Shown here piece by piece: positions 36,896 through 49,655 of a stretch of 64,000 bases of DNA. The notes under the pieces were generated by a model, which made no database searches, was not told the origin of the DNA, and saw only the letters and a list, made by a program, of their open reading frames with translations. The stretch's first letter is position 1, and the number at the start of each line of letters is the position of its first letter. Location of the stretch: positions 67,890,001-67,954,000 of the forward strand of contig NC_043008.1 of the NCBI RefSeq assembly GCF_006345805.1. Direction: 5' to 3'. The translations under genes and the position numbers were made by a program. The DNA is from Octopus sinensis. Lineage: Eukaryota.

Positions 36896-37447
36896 TTGGT
36901 TTGCAAGCTTCTTGATGTGAATTTGTGTGTTGAAACAAATCATGCGTTTGGGGGGTGGGGGGGTCATTATATCAATTATAATAAACACACGGACTGGTTC
37001 AATTTCCATTCTCTATTGTCAGTCAATCGGTCAGATATCTATCTTACCAACAAACTGATCACTCGTTTGTCTAATATGAGAGTTAAACCATCAATCAGTT
37101 GTCTGTTTGTCATAATAACGACATGACTGATTTGAACCTGTGTGGGGGTGCGCGTGCATGTGTGTGTGCGCGTGCATGTGTGTGTGCACACGTGCATGAG
37201 TGCTTACGCAGGTGCATGTGGGCGTACACGCGCGTGTTTATGCAAGCAATATACATATATATGTACGTATGCCAGTATATATGAATGGGTGTTTATATGC
37301 ACGTACGTATATATATTTATCTGTATATGTGTGTTTGTGTGTGTGCGTGCGTAGGTTTCTGTGTGTGTCTGTATGTATGTGTTCATGCATGTATGTACAC
37401 AAGTATTTAGGTATGCATGCATGTATGTGTATGTGCGTGTGTATATC

Positions 37448-37655
37448 TCTTTACTCTTTTTACTTGTTTCAGTCATTTGACTGCGGCCATGCTGGAGCAC
37501 CGCCTTTAGTCGAGCAAATCGACCCCGGGACTTATTCTTTATAAGCCCAGTACTTATTCTATCGGTCTCTTTTGCCGAACCGCTAAGTTACGGGGACGTA
37601 AACACACCAGCATCGGTTGTCAAGCAATGCTAGGGGGACAAACACAGACACACAA

Positions 37656-37694
<39 letters not shown>

Positions 37695-37860
37695 CATATA
37701 TACGACAGGCTTCTTTCAGTTTCCGTCTACCAAATCCACTCACAAGGCATTGGTCGGCCCGGGGCTATAGCAGAAGACACTTGCCCAAGATGTCACGCAG
37801 TGGGACTGATCCCGGAACCATGTGGTTGGTAAGCAAGCTACTTACCACACAGCCACTCCT
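37448..37860 (-). mobile_element. SINE family B, full length
   Basis: Reverse complement of the 6496 and 12531 sequence. Confidence 0.9.
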
Positions 37861-38154
37861 ATGAATGCATGTATGTACGTAGGTACGTATGGCGTAACAT
37901 GCAGTTAAGGCGTTTAAGAAGAATGAAAGTAAAAATACTGGAAGTGACGACAGTGAAATCCGATAATTTCATGTAAACAACCTGTTGTGAATTGACAGGA
38001 ACAAACACCATGCTTCCCGTTCGTTCTTCTATACAGCTCACTCGTCGTGCAGGATTATCGTATTGCTCACATGTAACTTTTGGTTGTCATGAGTTGATAT
38101 GCAAGCTACTGAATTGACTTCTCAATGGTGATTGTTATGTACAGTACGTTGTAT

Positions 38155-38543
38155 GGAGCACCTTTAGCACTCCGTCGGTTACGACGATGAGGGTTCCGGT
38201 TGATCCGATCAACGGAACAGCCTGCTCATGAAATTAACGTGTAAGTGGCTGAGCACTCCACAGACACGTGTACCCTTAACGTAGTTCTCGGGGATATTCA
38301 GCGTGACACAGAGAGTGACAAGGCCGGCCCTTTGAAATACAGGTACAACAGAAACAGGAAGTAAGAGTGAGAGAAAGTTGTGGTGAAAGAGTACAGCAGG
38401 GATCACCACCATCCCCTGCCGGAGCCTCGTGGAGCTTTAGGTGTTTTCGCTCAATAAACACTCACAACGCTCGGTCTGGGAATCGAAACCGCGATCCTAC
38501 GACTGCGAGTCCGCTGCCCTAACCACTGGGCCATTGCGCCTCC
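38155..38543 (-). mobile_element. SINE family C (head/body type 2, tail type 2)
   Basis: TSD ACAGTACGTTGTAT at 38141-38154 and 38544-38557. Confidence 0.95.
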
Positions 38544-38775
38544 ACAGTACGTTGTATAGCGCGCATACAAAAATACACACACGTGTGTATGTGTGTGTGT
38601 ATTATTTTCAAGTTTTAATAATTAGTGGGTGGCAGTAATCAAAGTTTGATTAGTGCCATACGCGAAGCTCTAAGTCATTGACACACTTTTGTAACTTTCT
38701 CCCCACCTCTGCTATGCCTCCTCGCTGGTATTCTCGCGAGTTACACTTTTTATTTACCGTTTAGTCAGAGTCGGG

Positions 38776-39072
38776 TGAATGCGCGTGGCTTAGTGGTCAT
38801 CGTATTCGACTCACGATCGTAAGGTCGTGAGTTCAATTCCCAGCGACGCGTTGTGTCCTTGAGCAAGACACTTTATTTCACGTTGCTCCATTCTACTGAG
38901 CTGGCAAAAGTGAGAAGTACCTGTATTTCAAAGGGTTAGCTTTGTCACACTCTGTGTCACGCTGAGTCTCCCTGAGAACTACGTTAACGTTATACGTTAA
39001 CTTCATGAGCAGGCTTTTCCGTTGATCGGGTCAACTGGAACCCTCGTCGTCGTAACCGACGGGGTGCCAATA
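38776..39072 (+). mobile_element. SINE family C, chimeric (head/body type 1 with tail type 2)
   Basis: CTTGAGCAAGACACTTTATTTCACGTTGCTCC body joined to the GTACCTGTATTTCAAAGGG...GTAACCGACGGGGTGCC tail. Confidence 0.8.
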
Positions 39073-39829
39073 AGTAGAGCATTGAAACGGGGTACCTTAG
39101 CGGCTGTTTCTGAATTATTTAAGATCTCTCTTGTACAGTCAAGGGAAAACTGCGTTTGCGCGGAACTCACTGAATGCTACGGCTAAACGAAAAATTACCT
39201 GGAATTTTTTTAGTAGTACAGCCCTCCTGGTGATGAGTCATGGCTTGCGGCTCAATTCTTGAAAAATTTTGTCCATACCTACTCTAGAAGAGACTATACT
39301 GATGCAGTATAATGAAGTTCTTTTAATAAAAGTAAGGGATTTTACCATTTTTTAAAGAAATTATGGGATGTCACTGACGTCGCTTCCGGTGAATTACTTT
39401 CATTTTCCTTCAGCCTCTAAATTACCCATTAACGTATGTATGTATGTATGTATGTATGTATGTATATGTGAGTGTATATGTATGTTTGTGTGTATGCATA
39501 TATATAGGTGTTTATTCATATATAGATACAACATAGGAGTGAATGCATGAAAGAGGAAATGGAATAAACAGAAAGGACACAAACACCCACACTCAACCGC
39601 CTTAACAATCCACCTTATCACGGATTTTCAGATTAGAATCTCTCTTTGAAATAAAACAATGAACCCAGGGTACCTTTGTAACATTCCTGCAGCTCAGCAC
39701 TAAAAGAGGGAGAGTGGGAGAGAGGGAGAGAGGGAGAGAGAGACAGAGAGACAGAGACAGACAAGCAGGAAGGCAGACAAGCAGATACTTAAATGCATTT
39801 GTATGCATACATAAGAATATATAAGTGTG

Positions 39830-40045
39830 CATTTATATATGTGTTATGTATGTGTATGTGAGCATGTGTGTGCATGCATGTGTGTATGCATGTATGCGTG
39901 CATGAAAGTATGTTTTATATATGCGTGTGTGTTTAAGTGCATATATATATGTGCATATATATACATATATATATATATCAAATATATATATACACTTATA
40001 TATGTATGTATACATACATATATATATATACATATATATGTATGT

Positions 40046-40076
<31 letters not shown>

Positions 40077-40414
40077 CATATATATGTATGTATACATACA
40101 TATATATATATATACATATATATGTATGTATACATACATATATATACATATATATGTATGTATACATACATATATATATATATACATATATATGTATGTA
40201 TACATATATATATATATACATATATACATATATATGTATGTATATATACATATATATGTATGTATACATACATATACATATATACATATATATGTATATA
40301 TATATATACATATATATATACATACATATATATATACATATATATACATACATATATATATATACATATATATATATACATACATATATATATATACATA
40401 TATTATATACATAC

Positions 40415-40445
<31 letters not shown>
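39830..40445. repeat. Compound (TA)/(TACA)/(TATG) minisatellite
   Basis: Recurring self-complementary unit ATATGTATGTATACATACATAT. Confidence 0.9.
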
Positions 40446-40446
<1 letters not shown>

Positions 40447-40869
40447 ATTAATTAAAATTAATCAAAGGACATACCAAGTATTTATACCTACTGGAAATAA
40501 CAGTCAAAACTCTTATTCAAATCGTCAAAATACACCGATAATAACTGTAATTATCAATCATTTTCTTTTTCGTTGAGGGTCACAACAGGTGTCCGTCCGT
40601 AATGGGCAACGAATTAACACATCAACCTTTCTTTCATTCAAAAAACAAAAGGCATGTTATTTTTTTTACTGCAACTGATGATGATAATGATGGTGCTGGT
40701 GGTGGTGGCGGTGGCGGCACGACGATGGTGATGATGGCGGCGGCGGTAGTAGTAGTAGTCGTGGTGACGGATATCGTGGTGGTCGAGATCATGGTCGTGG
40801 TCGTCGTGATGATGTGATGATGGCCGCCGTAGCGTCTCCCTTGCTTCATTGCGTGAATGGATGCCTAAG

Positions 40870-41210
40870 GCTTTTGCGAGTCAACGATAAACTCCCTACG
40901 TAGTCGAACAACCTCCTACGCATTCTTTACAGACAAAACTCCTTCAGATCTGTACACAACAGCCGTGAAGATGGATAAATACACTAAATAATGTACTTAA
41001 GAGTAGAGTATATATTCCACCCTACCCTCACCAAGACCTCTATCTCCTACTCCTGGTTCCTCCGTCTACGCCAGCTCTGCAGTGATGACCATGACTTTGA
41101 GACCCAGTCCCAACTCATGGCTCGCCAGACGTGAATATCCCCTCACCATTATCTAAACTCTCCTTGACCAGGCGCGACCCGCTGACCGTGCCCCAGCTCT
41201 CCCACGTCAC
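40870..41210 (+). pseudogene. Penelope-like RT C-terminal (thumb/linker) fragment
   Basis: HPTLTKTSISYSWFLRLRQLCSDDHDFETQSQLMAR matches the PLE pattern HPxHxKxSIPYSQFLRLRRxCS. Confidence 0.75.
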
Positions 41211-41299
41211 ACCCGCACCACCTTTACCCGCCCCCTTTTCCCCCCTCAACTGCTACCCCTCCACCCTACCCATTCACCTTATCCCTCCAATATATCCCG

Positions 41300-41400
41300 G
41301 CACATAATAGGGAAAATACACTGAAAGTGCCCCTGAAATGTAGATAAAAACGGAATAAAACAAGTTTCGCGCCAATCAGACCGAGATGCGCGTTTTTGTT
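41300..41400 (+). repeat. Unclassified ~100-bp repeat, also at ~42630-42730 and partially at ~42765-42830
   Basis: CATAAT(A/G)GGGAAAATA...TGAAATGT...ACGGAATAAAACAAGTTTCGCG(C/T)CAATC(A/G)GACCGAGATGCGCG. Confidence 0.7.
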
Positions 41401-41424
41401 TGGGGGTGGACCTTCATAAATAGA

Positions 41425-41620
41425 CGCCACCGCTTGAAAACCGGTGTTAGTGCGTTTACGTCCCCGTAACTTAGCAGTTCAGCAGAAGAATACCGATAGA
41501 ACAAGTACCAGGCTTTAAAAAATAAGCTCTAGTGTTAATTTTTTCGACTAAAACCCTCTAAGACGGTGCCCCAGTATGGCCGCAATCAAATGGCTGAAAC
41601 AAGTAAAAGATAAGAAAAAG
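41425..41620 (+). mobile_element. SINE family B, diverged 3' half
   Basis: GTTTACGTCCCCGTAACTTAGC...CTGAAACAAGTAAAAGA. Confidence 0.8.
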
Positions 41621-42086
41621 ATAATTACTTATCATCCTCGATAGTTTAGTGGAAAGTATACATACATACACACACACCACACACACACACACACACATAT
41701 ATATATACATACATATATATATATACATACATACATACACACATATATATACATACATACACATATATATATACATACACACATATATATATACATATAT
41801 ATACATACACATATACATACATACACACACACATATATATATATACATACACATATACATACATATATATATACATACATATATACATACATACACATAT
41901 ATATATATACACACACATATATATATATATATACACACATATATACATACACACACATATATACATACACACACATATATATACATACACACACACACAC
42001 ACACATATAGGGGAGAATTCACGTAAAAAAAAAGACGAAGACAGGTGGTATAGAAAACAAACAGATGTATTAGTATAACGCTCAGT

Positions 42087-42122
42087 CTTTTACGTTTCGA
42101 GCCTACGCTCTTCTACAGAAAG
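42087..42122 (-). ncRNA. Minimal hammerhead-like motif with variant core CUGUAGA (second copy, within PLE end 42008-42180)
   Basis: Identical to the 36-nt motif at 8771-8806. Confidence 0.55.
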
Positions 42123-42219
42123 GAACACAGAAAGAAATAAGGAGAGAAAAAAATGTGTATAGTGGCTACCGATCTATCATGACGATCTATATATTATGTA
42201 TATATATAGACACACACAT

Positions 42220-42258
<39 letters not shown>

Positions 42259-42262
<4 letters not shown>

Positions 42263-42611
42263 CAGACAAGCACGCACGTAAGCAAGCAAGCAATCAGAAA
42301 GTTTTAGCAGTATACAGATTGAGAGATAAACTTTAAGACATATGGAGCAGTCAAATTGTTATTAAAAAGTTATGTAACTCCTAGTAAATGTGTTGAGGCT
42401 AACTTCTCTTCTTTCTCCCCCCCCCCACATATATATATATATGTGGGGGGGAGAAAGAAGAGAAAGTTAGCCTCAACACATTTACTAGGAGTTACATAAA
42501 CTTTTTAATAACAATTTGACTGCTCCATATGTCTTAAAGTTTATCTCTCAATCTGTATACTGCTAAAACTTTCTGATTGCTTGCTTGCTTACGTGCGTGC
42601 TTGTCTGTAAT
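42259..42611. repeat. 353-bp near-perfect palindrome centred on (AT)n
   Basis: The arms differ only in homopolymer lengths (TT/TTT twice, C10 versus G7). Confidence 0.95.
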
Positions 42612-42939
42612 TTAATACAGCCAAACCAGCTCATAATGGGAAAATACTCTGAGAGTAATTGCCCTTGAAATGTGAATACAGACGGAATAAAACAAGTTTC
42701 GCGTCAATCGGACCGAGATGCGCGGAGCTTTTTTTGGAGGGAGCACCTTCATAAGTAGCCAAAACAGCGCATAATGGGGAAAATATTCCGAAAGTAACAT
42801 AACCCTGAAATGGGAATATATAATACTGTGAAAGTTGTTTCCATTAACTTTATGTTTACGTTATGTAACAATTCTCTTTGCATTTTTGTAGAAGTGTGCA
42901 CATATGCCATAAATAAATACTGTTACTGAAGTACAAGTT

Positions 42940-43203
42940 TGTTGTATCGCCAGGTGTTATGATGATACTTTTTTACAATGTAACCATGTTGTAACAATAA
43001 ACATAACGAATCAAGGTAACAAAAACGTAACAATCCAAGAAACTCCCCACGAACCAACAAACCGACAAACTACCAAAACGACATCTTACGACTACCTGCG
43101 ATTAACGCCTACTCTCTGTCTCTTGGCTCACTCAGAACGCTACTATTTATAACTGTTCGGTCAGTCTATTCTCGCAGGGGGTGTCGTGACTCTCGCCACA
43201 ACA
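42940..43203 (-). repeat. 3' LTR (264 bp)
   Basis: TGTTGT...ACAACA termini; adjacent to the PPT; homologous to 47350-47487. Confidence 0.9.
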
Positions 43204-46200
43204 TCTCCCCTTTTGAGACTTCGACTCCCGTAGGAAATTAAATTTATTTTATTTTATTTTTATTATTTTTTTCTTTCCAGCACTCTCCCTTTTATTTTTA
43301 AATGTTCAGTCTGTTTACGTTTTCTATTACTGCTTCTGCTAGGCTCAATCTCTTTTGGTGCTGGCACATCGAACATGAAATTTCCTTCATTTCTTCCGTA
43401 TGCCTAGTTTTTAATTGATTTAGGTGTCGTTTATACTCCCATGGTTGGCCTTTTATTAAATACATCACGTTTCCAATTCTTTTAGTCCTCCCAACCTTCT
43501 TGTATATATTGAAATGGACTTCGTTTCCCATATCAAAATGTTTTGTCGAATTTTTGTATTTCTCTATATGTTTTTGGGGGGTGGGGAGCAACAATTTGTC
43601 GGAGATAGGTTTTATCTTCCGGGTGAACATTAACTCTGCAGGTGACTTGCCTGAATGGATATTCGAATTGTGCATTATTCTGTACACCCTTAAGAGTTGA
43701 GTTAGCGCTTCGTCATTTCCAAACTCATTCCTTGCTTTTTTTGAGTGCTCATTTAAAAGTGTCTCCGAATCGTTCTGCTTGCCCACTTGATCTCGGGTGG
43801 TAGGGCGAGGTAAAATGTGCTTGACTGCATGCATTTTGCAGAAATTTTTGAACTCGTATCCTGTAAATTGTGTTCCATTGTCCGATACTATGGTTTCCGT
43901 AACTCCGTATCGAGCAAAAAGTTTGTGCAGGAACTTTATTGTTCCTTCGAGGTTGGTTGACTGCACCTACATGCTTCCGGTCACTTGGTAAAGTTATCAA
44001 CAAGGATCAAATAGCAAGCGCCATTCACCGGTCCAGCGTAGTCTATATCGCGGACTATCAGTCTCAGGCAACGACTGGTATTTCACCGGTGGTGCCTTGG
44101 CCTCTAAATAATTTCAAATTTTCAATGTTCCTTTCCATTGTTGGCCAAAACACGTAACTTCTCAAAGCTTTCATTCTTGACAACCCCGGGTATCCACTAT
44201 GAAATTCATGTAATACGAGTTTCCGTAGTGCAGTTGGTACTACCATTCTTTGTGCGTACATTAATACATCGTCGCAGAGTGAAAAATGACTCTTGTTTAT
44301 TTTTCAAGGTTTCCTTCAATTTTAGGATGTATTTGTCGTTCACTGGTTTACTTTTTAGATCTTGTACAGTCACTAACAGCTCCTGAATAACATTACACAA
44401 AGTTTTTAATTTCCTTTTCTGATTGTAATGTTGTTATCACCGTATCTTCCAGCGGTTCCGCATTCTTCTAAATTAGCCAAGATAAACAATCCGCGTGGCC
44501 AATTTTCTTAGAAGTAATGTACTCCACCTTAAAGTCGTTATTCAACAATGTCGTAGGCCAACGCTGCAATTTATTTGCAGTATGAGTAGGAATTGCTTTC
44601 TTCGACCCAAAAATTGATAATAATGGTCGGTGATCAGTTTGTAGCCTAAAACTTCTACTGTGCAAAAATCTGTGAAACTTCTTCACGGCAAAAACAATCG
44701 CAAGAGCTTCTTTCTCTATTTGCCTATAGTTTTACTCTGCAGCTATCAGAGAACATGAGGCATGAACCACCGCCTTCATATTACCATCTTTATATTTGTG
44801 TAGCATTACTGCTCCTATGCTTGCACGAACTTTTTGCTCGATACGGAGTTACGGACACAATAGTATCGGACAATGGAACACAATTTACAGGATACTAGTT
44901 CAAAAATTTCCGCAAAATGCATAAAGTCAAGCACATTTTACCTCGCCCTACCACCCGAGATCAAATGGGCAAGCATCAGAAGCATCAGACGCTGCAACAA
45001 TCTCCGCTGCAGGATCGAAATGAGCCAGCAATAAATCCGATATTAATATTTTTTTAATATTGTCAACGCGTTTTGACAATTATTTGACCAATGCCACTTC
45101 ACATCCCTTTTTAACAAATTGTTCACTTTATACATGTTTGGTATGTTATTTTGATAATTCTCTAGACCTAGAAAAGCTTTAAGGTCGTTACATTAGTCGG
45201 AGGAGAAATATTTTTAATTGCGTCAGCCCTCGATGGGATCGGTCGTCTTCCATTTCTATCAATAATTTGTCCTAAATACTTAATTTTTGGTAAAAAGATT
45301 CACAATTCTCCTCACTCAGTGTGAAACCGTAATCTCTTATTTTTTCAAAAACTCACTTTACATTCTCACTGTTAATTAATACTTCATCCAGTTATAGAAT
45401 CACGAATTTACAGTCTGCTAATATCGCATCCATAATCTGTTGAAAAATTGCAGGCGCGACTTTTAGACCAAATGGCAATCTGTTATAAATATAATGTCCT
45501 TTATGGGTATTCGCTGATGGAAATTTCGAGCATTCCTCGTCTACTTTAATTTGTAGGTAAGCATCAGACAGATCCAATTTCGAAAATATCTTGCGACCGT
45601 TTAATTTTGTAAAAATATCCTCCGGAGTAGGTAGCGGATAGTGGCACAGTTTTAGACAGTCATTCAAACCAGTAGAAAAATTGACACATACCCTGATTTT
45701 GTTATTCTTTTTTTTTTTAATACACACAATTGATGCAACCCATTTAGAATATTCCACTTTCTGCATAATTCCATTTCTCTCTAGTTTGTCTAATTCTTCA
45801 TCTACCTGTTTTATCGCAGCAAAAGATTTCTATCGAGTTCGAACACAGGTACGACGTTTTCATTTATTTGAAAACACGTTTCAGTCTTAGTACAGAGACC
45901 TAATTTATCCGACAGTACTTCAGGGAACAAGTTTTTAAATTTTTCTTCAAATAATTTGATGAGTTGTTTTTACTGGTGGGGCAGACGTTCATTGTTTTAT
46001 AGTACAAACTTATGGGGAGGTCCCATAAGTCAAACAACTTCATCCAGCCCATACCGAACAGAATGGTTGCATTTCTTAATACGAAAACTTTTGCTCTACA
46101 GGTTTTACCACGGAATGTAATATCATTCCACATTTCACCTACGAAGTGTAGCTTTTCACCTGTTACGCCTCGCTCAATTTTCAATGTTTTTCTTAACGTA

Positions 46201-47132
46201 GATTTCCCAATTATTTCCCACGTGCCGGTATCAATAATCGAAATGTCGCTACCAGTACCTAGTTGTAATTTCACATTCACTTCGTTTACTTTTACATGTA
46301 CAAATTCCCTCTTTTTGGTGTCGTTCCTACTTTCCGTTGAGAACACTTTAGAATCTTTCATCTTCAATCTTCTTAACTTTGCTCTTCATGTGAGCTCTTG
46401 TGTCCTATTTTTTGGCAGCTGTAACATTTCCGCGTTTTGAAAGGACAGTCCTTCCTGAAATGTAGGCCTCCACATCCGTAGCATGGGTTTGGTCCTAACA
46501 TTTTTTTTTATTCCTTCCCGGTCGACATGCCTGTATTTGTGAGAAATTCTTCTCTCCATTTTTTCTTTTTTTTACGTCCTGTCGCAAGTTAACCATTCTT
46601 TGCAACTGTCTGCAGGGTTAAACTCTGATATGCTTGTTCAAGTTTTGTGAGAATTCTTGCATGTATCTCCGCATCTTTGTTTGCCGTCAGCCCTTGTACA
46701 AAAATGAGGCCCCTAAACATATCAGGAGTTAGTTTCTACAGTTTAAACCTTTCGCACATTCTATTTACAGCATTCGTGACAATGTCTTCATCCTCTTTTG
46801 AAACTAAATTCCAACACTCCCATCAAGTGTTAAATAGGGAATTCTTATCACTGAACATTTTTTATAGTAATTCGATTGTTTCCTGGAAGCAAATTTCACT
46901 TATTTTTTGTGTCATATAAAATTACAATATTTTTCATGTTCTGGCGGAGTAAATTTACGTAATTATAGTCGTACCTTTTCCTCGTTCGTCCACGACTTGC
47001 ATCTTCCCTAAATATTTTTTCGTATCTTCTAAAGTACGCTGCAAGCATTATACCCTCCTTAGGGTTATAACTGAATTATGTTATAAAGTTCGATGCACCC
47101 TCTAGTGAAAACGAACTTATAGTATTTCCAGA

Positions 47133-47160
47133 TTAGCCCCTTGTGGGTAGTAAAGAAATA
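47133..47160 (+). mobile_element. 28-bp extreme 5'-truncated SINE family A insertion in gag
   Basis: TTAGCCCCTTGTGGGTAGTAAAGAAATA between perfect 15-bp TSDs TATAGTATTTCCAGA (47118-47132 and 47161-47175). Confidence 0.9.
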
Positions 47161-47349
47161 TATAGTATTTCCAGACTTCCTTATTAATTTCAGCAACTCC
47201 TGTTCGACTCTTGTTGTTGTTACTGCTACTCCTGTTGTTGCTTTTGCAACTGTATTATAGAAGCTAATAGATCTTCCGTAATTAATAACCTTGTTTCACA
47301 AAAATTTATTAACTGATCTGCATGAGCTTCGAATCATCGTTGCTAATAT

Positions 47350-47487
47350 TGTTGTATCGCCAATTGTTATGACGCTACTTTTTTACACTGTAGCCGTGTA
47401 GTAACAATAAACATATAACGAAGCAGGGTAACAACAGCGTAACAATCCGACAAAATCTCCACGAACTATATACGAACCAGCAGACGA
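47350..47487 (-). repeat. 5' LTR, truncated at a (TA)n tract
   Basis: TGTTGTATCGCCA...GTAACAATAAACAT...CGTAACAATCC aligns with 42940-43070 with visible divergence. Confidence 0.85.
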
Positions 47488-47532
47488 TATGTATATATAT
47501 ATAATATATGTATATATATATATATAATATAC

Positions 47533-47576
<44 letters not shown>

Positions 47577-48590
47577 CGTATATATATATATATATATATA
47601 ATATACATATACATATACGGCCAGTGACATCACCAACTATCCCACTAGGTTACAAACTCCAAATACAGCACTTTAACACTCGCTCAAATTCCCTCATTTA
47701 ATAAAATCTTCAATGCTCACAATACATTCTGGTGCTAAAACAATATGGATAGCGTATAAGCTGACACGATAGCGTCAAAACAAAACATCCTAAAACAAAC
47801 CACACTAATATACGGACATACCTCACCAACCTCACTGCAACAACTCTTCCCTACACAACACCTGTTTCATATATCTAATCATTATAACCGACCCTCCTCT
47901 GACTACCTACCGATCTTCATCACAATACTTTCACATAAAGAGAACAAAAACGCTTTTACAAAATACGTGAAAAAAAGAAAAATATAAATGCTGAAGTACA
48001 TAGATTTAACAAAATAATTATAGGCGCATCAAGAAAAGAAGAATATGCCTTAAAAACAATATAAAAACTACAACCCCAATTACACAACGGAAATAGCAAA
48101 CTTGATAAAAACAAGAGACAACCTCAAACATAATACACCTATAAAATACACAACAGAAATAAAGTAAGCATCAAACAACTAAACAAGAAAATAACAAAAA
48201 AAACAATAAACTATGGGAAATAAAATCACAACTGCAAAACGTTTGTCGTTTTTATCTAAAATGCACCACAAAACACATTAAAACACTATATAAAGTAGCA
48301 AGCAACATCGTCGTTAATATCATCATCGTTAGCTACAACGTACCCCATGTCGTAATAGCATACTTCAATTAACATACCGATGCTCCAGCGCCAAGTGACC
48401 CTTATTAGATATTTCTCAATAATTATCTCTCAAATAGCCCCCACAGTAACATGTCTGACTTCTATCAGACAACCCCGCCACCACCCCCGAAATATAAAAC
48501 TCTAAAATCTCTGGGACAAAATCACAAACATACATATAAAAAAACACTTCGAGAGTGAAGAAATCCCAACAATTACCGACATTAACAACT

Positions 48591-48972
48591 GGATGGAAGC
48601 ACTCCGTCGGTTACGACGACGAGGGTTCCGGTTGATCCGATCAACGGAACAGCTTGCTCGTGAAATTAACGTGTAAGTGGCTGAGCACTCCACAGACACG
48701 TGTACCCTTAACGTAGTTCTCGGGGATATTCAGCGTGACACAAAGAGTGACAAGGCCGGCCCTTTGAAATACAGGTACAACAGAAACAGGAAGTAAGAGA
48801 AAGTTGTGGTGAAAGAGTACAGCAGGGATCACCACCATCCCCTGCCGGAGCCTCGTGGAGCTTTTAGGTGTTTTCGCTCAATAAACACACACAACGCCCG
48901 GTCTGGGAATCGAAACCGCGATCCTACGACCGCGAGTCCGCTGCCCTAACCACTGGGACATTGCGCCTCCAC
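48591..48972 (-). mobile_element. SINE family C (type 2/2)
   Basis: TSD ACATTAACAACT at 48579-48590 and 48973-48984. Confidence 0.95.
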
Positions 48973-49274
48973 ACATTAACAACTACTACTACCGATATCA
49001 TCTTAATTCTGAGTTTAAACCCCGCTGAGCTCAATTTTCCTTTTTTTTTTTTTTTTTTTTCGGGATTCATAAAAGAACGTACTGGTCCAGGATGGTGGAT
49101 AAGTGGATTGTTTGAGCGTTGCATGAGTTACCTGGCAGTATTTGTTCCAACTTTTACAGTTTGATGTTCGAATCTTGCCATGAGCTACTTTGGTGGTAAA
49201 CTTAATCTTGTCACCTGGATCACGTGACCCTTGAATGCCTTTAGTGAAATTCACTCTGTGGCAAACATTCGGAT

Positions 49275-49655
49275 CAGGTCTCTAGATTAAGGATGACTTC
49301 CTCGCTTCAAGCTGCTTAGTCTCTGAGGCTGTGGGAAAATAATGGCTCGAGGATGCTACCCTTTCTTTCCTGAAAATATATATATATATATTGATAAAAA
49401 TGGTAAGACAACAAAAGAATGAAAGAAACCTCGATATTATGTAAATAGGGGAATTCATCTGTAAATATAATGACAATTATTCGGTAGCCATGATAAAACT
49501 CCGAGTTTCGGATACTGAGGTGGAAATCCACGCCGCCATCTCTGTTTTTCCGATAGCCGGATAACTGAAGAGATGGCGACGTGGATTTCCACCCCGACAT
49601 CCAAAACTCGGAGTTTTATCATGGCTACCGAATAATTGTCACATATTACATTTAC

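Larger units (their letters stand above)
42940..47487 (-). mobile_element. Near full-length degenerate Ty3/Gypsy LTR retrotransposon
   Basis: Gag ~46380-47150, protease (LQLGTGSDISII, ORF 45900-46367), RT (KLDLSDAYLQI...RLPFGLK, ORF 45392-45766), RNase H (ORF 44468-44686), integrase (IVSDNGTQFTG, ORF 43298-43966), PPT AAAAGGGGAGA at 43204-43214. Confidence 0.95.

Noticed and set aside
47620-48580. A/C-rich strand-biased region resembling a Penelope or LINE 5' part
   Set aside because: No motif I could translate with confidence; left unannotated.
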